Below, in pieces: positions 18,635 to 27,218 of a stretch of 32,437 bases of DNA. Source of the stretch: Candidatus Thorarchaeota archaeon (GTDB taxonomy: Archaea > Asgardarchaeota > Thorarchaeia > Thorarchaeales > Thorarchaeaceae); contig JBHLRQ010000028.1 in the NCBI GenBank assembly GCA_048882385.1, forward strand, positions 1 to 32,437, given 5' to 3'. Below the pieces are notes generated by a model that worked only from the letters and a program-made list of their open reading frames with translations, made no database searches and was not told where the DNA came from. The stretch's first letter is position 1, and each line of letters starts with the position of its first letter. The translations under genes were made by a program, and so were the position numbers.

Positions 18635-19972
18635 GTGAATGATGAACTAGTTCCAAAGGACCTGACAAAGAAATATTCACAGAAAGAGATTCTAGATATT
18701 GAGAAGAAATTCTTGGCTCCAGCAGTAGGTCACTATTATGAAGATCCCGTACTCTTTGTTGATGGGGAAGGTGCTGTCCTGAGAGACTCTAATGGAAAAG
18801 AGTACATTGACCTGTTTGCTGGTATCTGTACAACAATAACCGGGTACAAGCATCCAAAGTTTGTAGCCACAATACAGTGGCAGGCTGAACGACTCATCTA
18901 CACAAGCTCACTCTATGCTACAGTTCCATATGCAGTGCTGGTGAAACAGCTGGCTGGCATTGCTCCGAACGGACTAACTCGCTCATTCATTGTAAACAGT
19001 GGATCAGAAGCAAATGAAGCTGCTCTTACTATGGTCCGCAAGCACACTGGTAATCCATACATCATTACTTGTCAGCGTGCATACCACGGAAGGACAACTC
19101 TTGCGCGTGAGCTCTCAAGTGCTGGGTGGCGTACTTTCCCAGAAGCTCATCCATCAGGAGTGCGCTTCACACCTTACGGTTATTGTTATAGATGTCCATT
19201 CGGAAAAGAGCATCCTGGATGTGACATGGAATGTGCACACTACCTCAGAGAAGTGATTCGCACTCAGACAAACAGTGCAATTGCAGCATTCATTGCAGAA
19301 CCCATTCAAGGAGTCGGAGGAATCATCCAACCTCCTGCAGAGTATTTTCAAATCGCATATGAAATTGTGAAAGAATTCGGTGGTTACTACATTTCTGATG
19401 AAGTACAAACTGGTTTTGGTCGAACTGGAGGAAAATGGTGGGGAATCCAACACACTGGAGTAGATCCGGACATCATTACAATGGCAAAGGGGTTTGGTAG
19501 TGGTATTCCTATAGCTGGTTTTATCTCCAGACCTGAGATTGCAGAAGGCTATACTGTTACTGATGCATTCGCTACGTTTGGTGGAAATCCTCTTTCATGT
19601 GCTGCTGCGGTTGCTGTGATTGAAATCATTGAGGAAGAGAATTACTTGGATAAGGCTACTAAACTAGGCAAACACTTTAGGAAAAAACTAGAACAGCTTC
19701 AAGAGGACCATAGACTGGTTGGTGAGGTTCGAGGTCAAGGGATGATGCTGGGAGTAGAACTAGTCCGGGATAGAACTACAAAGGAACCTGCTACCCAAGA
19801 GATGCTTCACATGATGGAACTATGCCGAGAAAAGGGACTTCTCATCGGTAAGGGTGGACTTGACAATAATGTTATGCGACTTCAACCTCCACTAGAACTC
19901 ACTAATGAACAGATAGATGAAGCCTGTTCCATACTCGATGAGGCTCTGTCGGAAGCTGAGAAAGGACTCTGA
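18635..19972 (+). CDS. Class III PLP aminotransferase (AGXT2/PYD4-like; probable beta-alanine:pyruvate transaminase)
   Basis: YIDLFAG, NSGSEANE, YHG, AEPIQGVGG, SDEVQTGFGRTG, TMAKG (PLP Lys), TFGGNP. Substrate is inferred from context. GTG start follows GGTGA. Confidence 0.88.
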   Translation: MNDELVPKDLTKKYSQKEILDIEKKFLAPAVGHYYEDPVLFVDGEGAVLRDSNGKEYIDLFAGICTTITGYKHPKFVATIQWQAERLIYTSSLYATVPYAVLVKQLAGIAPNGLTRSFIVNSGSEANEAALTMVRKHTGNPYIITCQRAYHGRTTLARELSSAGWRTFPEAHPSGVRFTPYGYCYRCPFGKEHPGCDMECAHYLREVIRTQTNSAIAAFIAEPIQGVGGIIQPPAEYFQIAYEIVKEFGGYYISDEVQTGFGRTGGKWWGIQHTGVDPDIITMAKGFGSGIPIAGFISRPEIAEGYTVTDAFATFGGNPLSCAAAVAVIEIIEEENYLDKATKLGKHFRKKLEQLQEDHRLVGEVRGQGMMLGVELVRDRTTKEPATQEMLHMMELCREKGLLIGKGGLDNNVMRLQPPLELTNEQIDEACSILDEALSEAEKGL

Positions 19973-19976
19973 TCAA

Positions 19977-20852
19977 TTACAGCTTGGTAAGGTCGTCATA
20001 ACTATCTGGTCTGCGGTCTCTGAAGAACTGCCAGGTATTTCGCACCTCGCGAATCATATCGAGGTCAATGTCTGCCACCACAAGCTCTTCCTTATCACGA
20101 GATCCCTGCACAACTAACTGCCCTCTAGGATCTGCGATGTAAGAACTACCATAGAATGTTCCAGTATTCCATGGCTCTTCGCCCACTCGATTTATGGCAG
20201 CCATAAAGTATCCATTTGCAACAGCGTGTGCAGGCTGTTCAATACTCCACAGATGCTCAGATAGACCTGCAACAGTGGCTGATGGATTGAAGACTATTTC
20301 TGCTCCATTGAGTCCTAGAGCACGAGCTCCTTCTGGAAAATGTCGATCATAGCAGATATACACACCAATCTTCGCAACTGATGTTTTGAAGACAGGATAG
20401 CCAAGATTTCCAGGCCTGAAATAGAACTTTTCCCAGAAACCTGGATCTAGATGTGGAATGTGCATTTTTCTGAACTTACCTAAAAGGGTTCCATCAGAGT
20501 CAATTACAATCGCAGTGTTGTAGTATACTCCTACTGACTCTTCCTCATACATTGGAGCAATCAAGATTAAGTGATTGTCTTTCGCAAGTTTTTGCATCCT
20601 CTTAGAAAGTGGTCCCGGAATTGGCTCAGCGTACTTGTACCATTTTCGATCTTGCTCAGCACAGAAGTATGGTCCGTAGAACAATTCCTGGAAGCAGAGA
20701 ATCTGAACCTCTTGCTGCTTAGCAATTGTCGCAAATCCCTCATGCTTTCGAATCATTTTCTCGATATTTTCTTCGATTGATGCTTCATCCGAAACATCGC
20801 CTTCCCAAGTTGCTTGAACTAAACCTATGCGAACATTTCTCAATACTATCAC
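19977..20852 (-). CDS. Nitrilase-family beta-ureidopropionase (N-carbamoyl-beta-alanine amidohydrolase)
   Basis: E-K-C triad in FQELF, RKMHIP and ICYDRHFPE; FWEKFYFRPGNLG; WQFFRDRRP. Context supports the substrate. Confidence 0.88.
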   Translation of the reverse strand: MIVLRNVRIGLVQATWEGDVSDEASIEENIEKMIRKHEGFATIAKQQEVQILCFQELFYGPYFCAEQDRKWYKYAEPIPGPLSKRMQKLAKDNHLILIAPMYEEESVGVYYNTAIVIDSDGTLLGKFRKMHIPHLDPGFWEKFYFRPGNLGYPVFKTSVAKIGVYICYDRHFPEGARALGLNGAEIVFNPSATVAGLSEHLWSIEQPAHAVANGYFMAAINRVGEEPWNTGTFYGSSYIADPRGQLVVQGSRDKEELVVADIDLDMIREVRNTWQFFRDRRPDSYDDLTKL

Positions 20853-20951
20853 TCCAATATCTTCTAGAAAAGAACAGATATTCTATCATCTAATAGGCAT
20901 TTCCCAAAGCGATTTATGGTGAATTTAGCTTTAGTCTACGGAGGACTTTCC

Positions 20952-22343
20952 ATGTCCGAGCTAGATCTTATTGTCAAGAACGGTAATGTCGTGACTGCAT
21001 CTGATTCTTTCAAGGCTGATGTTGGAGTCAAGGATGGAATAATCACAACTCTTGGAGCTAATCTTAGTCCCGGGACAAATACCAATGTTATAGATGCAAA
21101 AGGGAAGTACATATTCCCTGGTGGTATCGATGTTCATGTTCACTTTCAACTTCCATTCTCTGGAACAGTTTCTGCGGATGATTTTGAAAATGGTACTAAA
21201 GCTGCTGCATGTGGCGGAGTGACAACAGTACTTGATTTTGCCATTCAAACCAAAGGACATCCCATCATGGAGGCTGTGGAAGCACGTAGAGCTGAAGCGG
21301 ATCCAAATGTCTGTGTTGACTACGGGCTGCATGCAGCAATAACTGATTGGAATACACAGACAAAGAAAGAGATCAAGAAAATCATTGACTATGGTATACC
21401 CACATTCAAGATGTTCATGATTTACAAGAATGAAGGATGGATGGCAGATGATGGTATGCTCTTCAGCGCCCTTGAAGAAACCTCCAAACTTGGTGGACAT
21501 ATTGGAGTCCATGCTGAGAGTGTTGATGTTCTAGACCTGTTGATTGAAAGATATGCCAAGGAGAAAGAGAAGTGGGGTGCATATGGTCACACACTCTCAA
21601 GACCCTGTTATACCGAAGAGGAAGCAATTGTTCGTGCAATCAAATGGGCTGAAGTCACTGGCGGGCAATTGTATATAGTTCATATGTCAACAGGGGAGGG
21701 AGCTGATGCTGTCGAAGCTGCAAGAGACCGTGGTGTGAATGTATATGCAGAAACATGCCCACAGTATCTACTACTAGACGACGAGGTCTTCAAGCGAGAA
21801 AATGGACATCTTTATGCTACCTGTCCACAAATCAAGAAACCACATGACAGTGAGCGTCTTTGGAAAGGGCTCGCAAATGGTGAAGTCCAGATTATAGCGA
21901 CTGATACATGCACTTTTGATACTAAACAGAAAGCAGCTTGGAATGGTGATTTCAGGAAGATTCCTTTCGGAATGCCTGGTGTCGAAACCATGGTACCATT
22001 GATGTATACAGAAGGTGTTGGCAAGCGTGGTTTCTCAGTTAATCATCTGGTGTCCCTCGTCAGTACCAATCCAGCCAAGCTATTTGGAATGTATCCTAAG
22101 AAGGGAACTGTTGCAATCGGAAGTGATGCAGACCTAGTTGTATTCGACCCTGAAAAGAAGATTACAATCAAAGCTGAGAATCTTCAATCAAACTGTGATT
22201 GGAATCCATTCGAAGGTTGGGCACTTACTGGTTATCCGGTTGTAACTATATCAAGAGGAAAAATTGTCGCAGAAGATGGCAAGTTTGTAGGAGAGGTTGG
22301 CCATGGGAAATTCCTGGAAAGAAAACCCTTCGGGAAACTCTAA
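20952..22343 (+). CDS. hydA: Dihydropyrimidinase (hydantoinase)
   Basis: PGGIDVHVH, AAACGGVTT, FKMFM, HAE, VHMS, AETCPQYL, IATD, GSDADLV. ATG at 20952 follows GGAGG. Confidence 0.95.
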   Translation: MSELDLIVKNGNVVTASDSFKADVGVKDGIITTLGANLSPGTNTNVIDAKGKYIFPGGIDVHVHFQLPFSGTVSADDFENGTKAAACGGVTTVLDFAIQTKGHPIMEAVEARRAEADPNVCVDYGLHAAITDWNTQTKKEIKKIIDYGIPTFKMFMIYKNEGWMADDGMLFSALEETSKLGGHIGVHAESVDVLDLLIERYAKEKEKWGAYGHTLSRPCYTEEEAIVRAIKWAEVTGGQLYIVHMSTGEGADAVEAARDRGVNVYAETCPQYLLLDDEVFKRENGHLYATCPQIKKPHDSERLWKGLANGEVQIIATDTCTFDTKQKAAWNGDFRKIPFGMPGVETMVPLMYTEGVGKRGFSVNHLVSLVSTNPAKLFGMYPKKGTVAIGSDADLVVFDPEKKITIKAENLQSNCDWNPFEGWALTGYPVVTISRGKIVAEDGKFVGEVGHGKFLERKPFGKL

Positions 22344-22365
22344 CCTCTTAAGATATTACTCATAG

Positions 22366-23217
22366 GTGAATTTCATGCGCCTTCCAACACGTAGAGCGTA
22401 TCATGTGATTTATGATGAGTCACTTGAAGACGCAATCAGATATGCTGCAGCCAATGACTGGACTGGGATTGTCCCAGATTTTGGAGTTCCGCCTTTCTCA
22501 CCTGATAGAATTCAATCAGAAGAGAGAATGAGGTTGAGAGATTTATCTCGTGATCTGTCAATTGAATGGGGTTTCCATGCACCAGGTGACGATGTCAGTC
22601 TTTTCACTACCTACCCTCCTGTTCGTGAAGGAATTATCAAGTATTTCAAACAGATAATCAATTTTGCAAGAGAAGTTAGTGTAAAACCCACAAATGTAGT
22701 GATTCACGCAGGGACACCTCCTTCCTTTCAAAAAGCCGGAGAACAGTATAATGGCTTCATTGAAGATCATCGGGCTGTCTATATGCAAACACTTCGAGAG
22801 AATCTGGCTGAACTTATCGAACATGGCAGGCCTCAGGTTAAGATTGTGCTAGAGAATGTTAATTGGACACCCTTAGTATGCGAAGTATTACAGAATCTCT
22901 TTCCCACTGGACTGAAGATATGTCTAGATATTCCAAAACTCTATGTCCCAGGATTTAGAATAAACGAGTCTGATTGGCAATTCATGCAGCAACATAGGGG
23001 TGCAATCGAAGTGGTCCATATCCATGACTATCACCCGACCTTGAAGGGTCATCAAATAGTTGGCGAAGGAGCCCTTGATTTTGAGAAAGTTCTACGCTTT
23101 CTTGAAGAACTCCAAGCAAAACCTCAGTATGTATTTGAAGTTAGACCTCGTGAAGCTGCTACTCAGAGTCTACACAATATCGCCAATTTAATGGAGATAC
23201 TAAAATTAGACTTATAG
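22366..23217 (+). CDS. Sugar phosphate isomerase/epimerase (AP endonuclease 2) TIM-barrel protein
   Basis: FHAP, VIHAG, LEN, CLD, VHIHD, H..VGEG.LDF, FEV. Confidence 0.85.
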   Translation: MNFMRLPTRRAYHVIYDESLEDAIRYAAANDWTGIVPDFGVPPFSPDRIQSEERMRLRDLSRDLSIEWGFHAPGDDVSLFTTYPPVREGIIKYFKQIINFAREVSVKPTNVVIHAGTPPSFQKAGEQYNGFIEDHRAVYMQTLRENLAELIEHGRPQVKIVLENVNWTPLVCEVLQNLFPTGLKICLDIPKLYVPGFRINESDWQFMQQHRGAIEVVHIHDYHPTLKGHQIVGEGALDFEKVLRFLEELQAKPQYVFEVRPREAATQSLHNIANLMEILKLDL

Positions 23218-23219
23218 AA

Positions 23220-23312
23220 TCAAATCAGTTCTGCCATCAGTAGGTACGCAATAAGAGCTGATACAAAAAGCAGTATTCCAATAAACACCAGTGCGACAAC
23301 ACGCAGTTTCAT
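23220..23312 (-). CDS. 30-aa single-TM microprotein (not in ORF track)
   Basis: MKLRVVALVFIGILLFVSALIAYLLMAELI*. ATG lies 5 nt after the upstream TGA, which is part of a GGTGA SD-like motif. Confidence 0.65.
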   Translation of the reverse strand: MKLRVVALVFIGILLFVSALIAYLLMAELI

Positions 23313-23317
23313 AATTA

Positions 23318-24076
23318 TCACCTTCTCGATTCTCGAAGAGCATCTCGGATCTCGATAAACGCTTGAAGTGTATCCCTGTTGAAGATTCTTGATCTTCCTT
23401 TTCCTTTTGCAGCCAACTCAATTGGAGGTAGTGTTCTACCAAAACCTCGAAGCTCACGTAGAATAAAGTCCCGCAGTTCCTCATGAAACTTCACACCCTC
23501 TATGTTCTCCTCTGCAGCACCACCTCTCATCGCTCTTTGAAGGAGCAGTGCAATAAGCCCCCCTCCTTGTGCAATATTTGATTTAGCTGCAGTTTCTATC
23601 TGAATTGTACCGATTCCGAAAAGCCTGTCAAATATCCCTCTTGTTGTTTTAACGTGAGTTATAGTGCGGAAGGGTACATGTCTCTGTGTAATTTGAATAA
23701 TTCCTTTCTTCACATAAATCTCTGGACTTACATCACCCTCCCAACTTGCCAATGAGTAATCTATACGCTTGACGTAGATATAGGTGTACAAAATCCAACA
23801 AAGCAAGAATCCACCCGCTACTATCCAGTAAGCTTGACTCACAAGTAACCATCCTGCATCGACAATAAGCTGAGTCCAATCAGCGAATAGAAGAACTATA
23901 CTTAGAATTGCTGAATGAGTAAAGAAAACTAACCACAGCAATACCCAAAAGAAGACCAAGACGATGAACACTCGAAACCATTTCTTATAGAGAAAGGCGT
24001 TGTCTGGATGGAATACTCTGCCACTGACAACCTGTTCAATGGGTGGTTTAATGACCCGCCCTTCTCTCTGAGGCAT
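23318..24076 (-). CDS. 2-TM + bPH_2 (YdbS-like) domain protein, paralog 4 (most diverged)
   Basis: IYVKKGII...HVPFRTITHV...GIFDRLFGIGTIQIETA; C-terminal FIEIRDAL. Confidence 0.9.
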   Translation of the reverse strand: MPQREGRVIKPPIEQVVSGRVFHPDNAFLYKKWFRVFIVLVFFWVLLWLVFFTHSAILSIVLLFADWTQLIVDAGWLLVSQAYWIVAGGFLLCWILYTYIYVKRIDYSLASWEGDVSPEIYVKKGIIQITQRHVPFRTITHVKTTRGIFDRLFGIGTIQIETAAKSNIAQGGGLIALLLQRAMRGGAAEENIEGVKFHEELRDFILRELRGFGRTLPPIELAAKGKGRSRIFNRDTLQAFIEIRDALRESRR

Positions 24077-24085
24077 ATAGTTATC

Positions 24086-24799
24086 TCACTCTCTCTCTTT
24101 CTTCAATAAATCACGGATCTCTCGAAGAACCAAGAGAATCTCATCCTCGAGATTGTCCTCGATTCGAATCACAGGTTCCTCTTCAGGATGAACAACTTCA
24201 GTGCCTGTCACGTATGGGTCCTTGAATTTCCTGAGCTCCATGAGTATAAAATCTCGCAACTCCTCATAGAATGTTAGTCCTTCTAGCTTTTCTTCTGAGG
24301 ACTGAAATGAGCTCCCTGACCCGCCAGCGGTTTCAACCTCAATTGAGCCAATCCCAAACAATCTGTCAAATGGTCCTGCAACGCTTTGAATATTTGTTAT
24401 TGTTCTGAAGGGAACATGCTTCCGAGTTATGTTGATGATGCCTTTCTTCACATAGATTTCTGGCATCGTTTTTCCGGATTCAGCAATGACCGAATACTCG
24501 AAGGACCGGATGTAGATTGGATACACAATCAAGTAGGGTATCAATACGCTGAGTACAATGAGCCAGAACCAGAAATTGAAGGGGATCCAAATAACCGCCA
24601 AATATCCAGTAGGCCCGCTAACCATTTCAACAAGCCAGAACACTAGCAGTATTGATGCGACTACAATCACCCATAAAATGAACGATCCGAAGATTCCAAT
24701 GAACCAGTTCTTGTTTCGAAAGTATTTCGATGGTTTGAAGACCTTCCCTCTGGCAATTTCTTCCATCGGTGGTTTGATGACCTTTCCTCTACCTGACAT
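24086..24799 (-). CDS. 2-TM + bPH_2 (YdbS-like) domain protein, paralog 3
   Basis: IYVKKGIINITRKHVPFRTITNI...GPFDRLFGIGSIEVETAG; tail LREIRDLLKK. Confidence 0.92.
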   Translation of the reverse strand: MSGRGKVIKPPMEEIARGKVFKPSKYFRNKNWFIGIFGSFILWVIVVASILLVFWLVEMVSGPTGYLAVIWIPFNFWFWLIVLSVLIPYLIVYPIYIRSFEYSVIAESGKTMPEIYVKKGIINITRKHVPFRTITNIQSVAGPFDRLFGIGSIEVETAGGSGSSFQSSEEKLEGLTFYEELRDFILMELRKFKDPYVTGTEVVHPEEEPVIRIEDNLEDEILLVLREIRDLLKKERE

Positions 24800-24805
24800 G
24801 ATTTT

Positions 24806-25594
24806 CTACCTTCTATTATCATCCATTCTCCTTTCAATTCGACCCAATGCATCTCTTATATCACGAAGTGTTATGAGTATCTCGTCGTCAAGACTGTCAC
24901 TCAGCCGTGGGACTGGTTCATCCTTTGGATGAACAACCTCTGTTCCTACTACATATGGGTCTCTGAAGCGTCTTAGTTCTTGAAGTACGAAGTCCCTCAC
25001 TTCCTCATAGAATGTAATACCTTCCAGTTTCTCTTCAGGACCGCCTTGTCCACTAGGACCACCTGAGTATCCAGCCGTCTGAATTTCTACTGTTCCAATA
25101 CCTAGCAATCTGTCTATTGGACCTGCTCGGGACGCAATGTTCGTTATTGTTCGGAAGGGAACGTGCTTCCTAGTGATATTGACCAGTCCCTTTTTGACAT
25201 AGATTTCTGGCATTGTGGTTCCTTTTTTAGAAATGACACTATACTCTATATTGCGAATGTAAAGTGGAATTCCAATCATGATTGGAAGCCACCAGAAAAT
25301 CATTGAGACTGCATACCAGAAAGTGAGCATGGGAAATACATCATAGACGATTGCGAAGAAAGTAGCCCATGTTGCACCACTTTGATCTGTCATATAGATA
25401 AAAGCTCCAAGTAAGAGGAAACCAATTGCTATAAGCCAGAATATCGTTGCACCAAGAATCGCTCCAATCCACTCTTTATAGTAAAACCTCCGATCTGGTT
25501 TGAAGACTCGACCTGCTGTCACATCTTCCATTGGAGGTTTAATCACTACTCTACGCGTGTCCCGTTCCATTATTATTTCATCTCCCCGTGTCAA
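24806..25594 (-). CDS. 2-TM + bPH_2 (YdbS-like) domain protein, paralog 2
   Basis: Same motifs; GPIDRLLGIGTVEIQTAG; tail LRDIRDAL. Confidence 0.92.
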   Translation of the reverse strand: MTRGDEIIMERDTRRVVIKPPMEDVTAGRVFKPDRRFYYKEWIGAILGATIFWLIAIGFLLLGAFIYMTDQSGATWATFFAIVYDVFPMLTFWYAVSMIFWWLPIMIGIPLYIRNIEYSVISKKGTTMPEIYVKKGLVNITRKHVPFRTITNIASRAGPIDRLLGIGTVEIQTAGYSGGPSGQGGPEEKLEGITFYEEVRDFVLQELRRFRDPYVVGTEVVHPKDEPVPRLSDSLDDEILITLRDIRDALGRIERRMDDNRR

Positions 25595-25787
25595 TTCTGT
25601 TTTCTTCTCTTATTGCGAACCCACCTAGAAAGAAGACAAATCCTAGCCCCTCAAGAAGTCCTCCTAGAAAGTAAAGAATCTCTGGTCCCCCAAGAGTGCC
25701 TGAGATTATTCCGACAATCTCAAAGATCATAATGAGACCACCAAATGACATGAGCACCGTACCTATGCTTCTTTTTCTTTCTGACAA
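25578..25787 (-). CDS. 69-aa Gly-rich 2-TM small membrane protein
   Basis: TTG start 1 nt after the upstream stop; two TM helices; overlaps the next start. Confidence 0.7.
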   Translation of the reverse strand: MSERKRSIGTVLMSFGGLIMIFEIVGIISGTLGGPEILYFLGGLLEGLGFVFFLGGFAIREENRIDTGR

Positions 25788-25788
25788 T

Positions 25789-25887
25789 TCATATCAACCC
25801 CATATACGTAACCAGTAAGAGGACAAAGAGAATGAGGGCCATCACTAAGACAATCACTTTTGCCGCCAGTCGAGCTGCACTCACCAT
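25789..25887 (-). CDS. 32-aa single-TM microprotein (not in ORF track)
   Basis: MVSAARLAAKVIVLVMALILFVLLLVTYMGLI*; GGAGG 8 nt before the ATG. Confidence 0.65.
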   Translation of the reverse strand: MVSAARLAAKVIVLVMALILFVLLLVTYMGLI

Positions 25888-25940
25888 TGTTGTTGCCTCC
25901 TTGAGTATCCATAACTCATTTCATCAAACTTCATTCTCAC
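25881..25940 (-). CDS. 19-aa micro-ORF, or frameshifted 5' part of the 32-aa gene
   Basis: (M)RMKFDEMSYGYSRRQQQW*; GGAGG 5 nt before the GTG; its stop overlaps the next ORF (ATGGTGA). Confidence 0.4.
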   Translation of the reverse strand: MRMKFDEMSYGYSRRQQQW

Positions 25941-25951
25941 TGTTTCCTCCG

Positions 25952-26686
25952 CTATAGCTTTGTCTTCAAAATCTCCCTGATGTCGTGAAGTGCCAGCAGA
26001 ATCTCGTCATCAAGGGTGATGTCACTTCTCTGAACTGGTTCATCTCGAGGTGCAACCACTTCAGTTCCAGTTGTGTAGGGGTCTCTAAAACGCCTGAGCT
26101 CACGAAGGACAAATTGTGTAAGCTCTCTGTAGAACTTGATACCTTCCAGTTTCTCTTCTGGGCCGCTTTGACCCGTCGGTCCACCAGAGTAACCTGCAGT
26201 CTGAATCTCTACAGTTCCAATCCTGAACAACCTATCAAATACGCCAGCTCTGCTTGCGATGTTTGTGATTGTCCTGAATGGGACATGTTTTCGAGTAATA
26301 TTGATGATACCTTTCTTGACATACACCTCTGGCATCGCTGTACCAGACTCAGATAGGACTGCATACTCTATGGACCTCACGTAGACGACTATACCTGCAA
26401 GTGCAGGGATCAACCAGATGATGTTGAATATCCAGATCCACTGACTAATCGTAGGAATCCAAGCAAGGAGTGCAAGTCGCTCACTTGATGCCCAACCTTC
26501 GAAGAACCCGATTAGCCAAGCAGTTCCATACATTACACCTAAAGTCAATAACCATGTTGCTACCGCAAAGCCAATGGCCACGAACCACCACTTGTTCCTC
26601 AATGCACTTGAGGGCCTGAATGTTTTCCCAAAGGACGAATCCTGTGGGGATTCCAAAATACCTCGTACTCCATTTTCAACAACCAA
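25952..26686 (-). CDS. 2-TM + bPH_2 (YdbS-like) domain protein, paralog 1
   Basis: VYVKKGIINITRKHVPFRTITNI...DRLFRIGTVEIQTAG; tail LHDIREIL. Confidence 0.92.
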   Translation of the reverse strand: MVVENGVRGILESPQDSSFGKTFRPSSALRNKWWFVAIGFAVATWLLTLGVMYGTAWLIGFFEGWASSERLALLAWIPTISQWIWIFNIIWLIPALAGIVVYVRSIEYAVLSESGTAMPEVYVKKGIINITRKHVPFRTITNIASRAGVFDRLFRIGTVEIQTAGYSGGPTGQSGPEEKLEGIKFYRELTQFVLRELRRFRDPYTTGTEVVAPRDEPVQRSDITLDDEILLALHDIREILKTKL

Positions 26687-26693
26687 TTATCTA

Positions 26694-27194
26694 TCACGAC
26701 TCCTTTCGTTTGTAACGCGGGATCTCCTTTGCTGCGAGCTTGTTAAAAATCGCAATAGACTGCTGAGTCATTGGGAGCTGTTCCTCATCAGGGCGGAGGG
26801 TAATGTTGTACTCCTCCATGATTGTATCAAGTGTCTCCCTGCACTCTGCTTCCTTTGGACAATCAGGGCAGAGTTTTCCCGCGTAGGAGTCATGTTTGTA
26901 CCATACGATAATACCAAGCTTCATTGTGAATATGATATATACTTGGGCGTTTGCCTGGTAGTCGAATCCGATGAGAATTCCCTTGTAGTCAAGCAAGCTC
27001 TCAACATCAAGTCTGTGACTACTTGCTTGTTGACTTAGCGTCTTAGCAATCTTTCTTCGCGCTCTATTGAGCACTCGCGATACATAGGCGGGGCTCCAAC
27101 CTTTCTTCACGTCTGACTCAGCGATCTCAGTGGTACTAAGTCCTTTCTGGAACTGTTCCCAGACCGCTGATTCATCTGTTGATAGTTGGGGCAT
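26694..27194 (-). CDS. Putative transcription regulator: sigma-region-4/LuxR-like HTH plus C-terminal His/Cys motif
   Basis: LSTDESAVW...GLSTTEIAE...SPAYVSRVLNRARRKI; WYKH...CPDCPKEAEC. Confidence 0.8.
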   Translation of the reverse strand: MPQLSTDESAVWEQFQKGLSTTEIAESDVKKGWSPAYVSRVLNRARRKIAKTLSQQASSHRLDVESLLDYKGILIGFDYQANAQVYIIFTMKLGIIVWYKHDSYAGKLCPDCPKEAECRETLDTIMEEYNITLRPDEEQLPMTQQSIAIFNKLAAKEIPRYKRKES

Positions 27195-27218
27195 TCTTGA
27201 TTCACCGCGTTTTGGTCA

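Noticed and set aside
23212-23484. 90-aa minus ORF from the track, and other ORFs nested in or antisense to long genes (e.g. 20961-21512, 26574-27038, 28226-28660, 28868-29299)
   Set aside because: These are shadow frames over well-supported genes. At 23.2 kb the 30-aa ORF in another frame has the better SD and fit.
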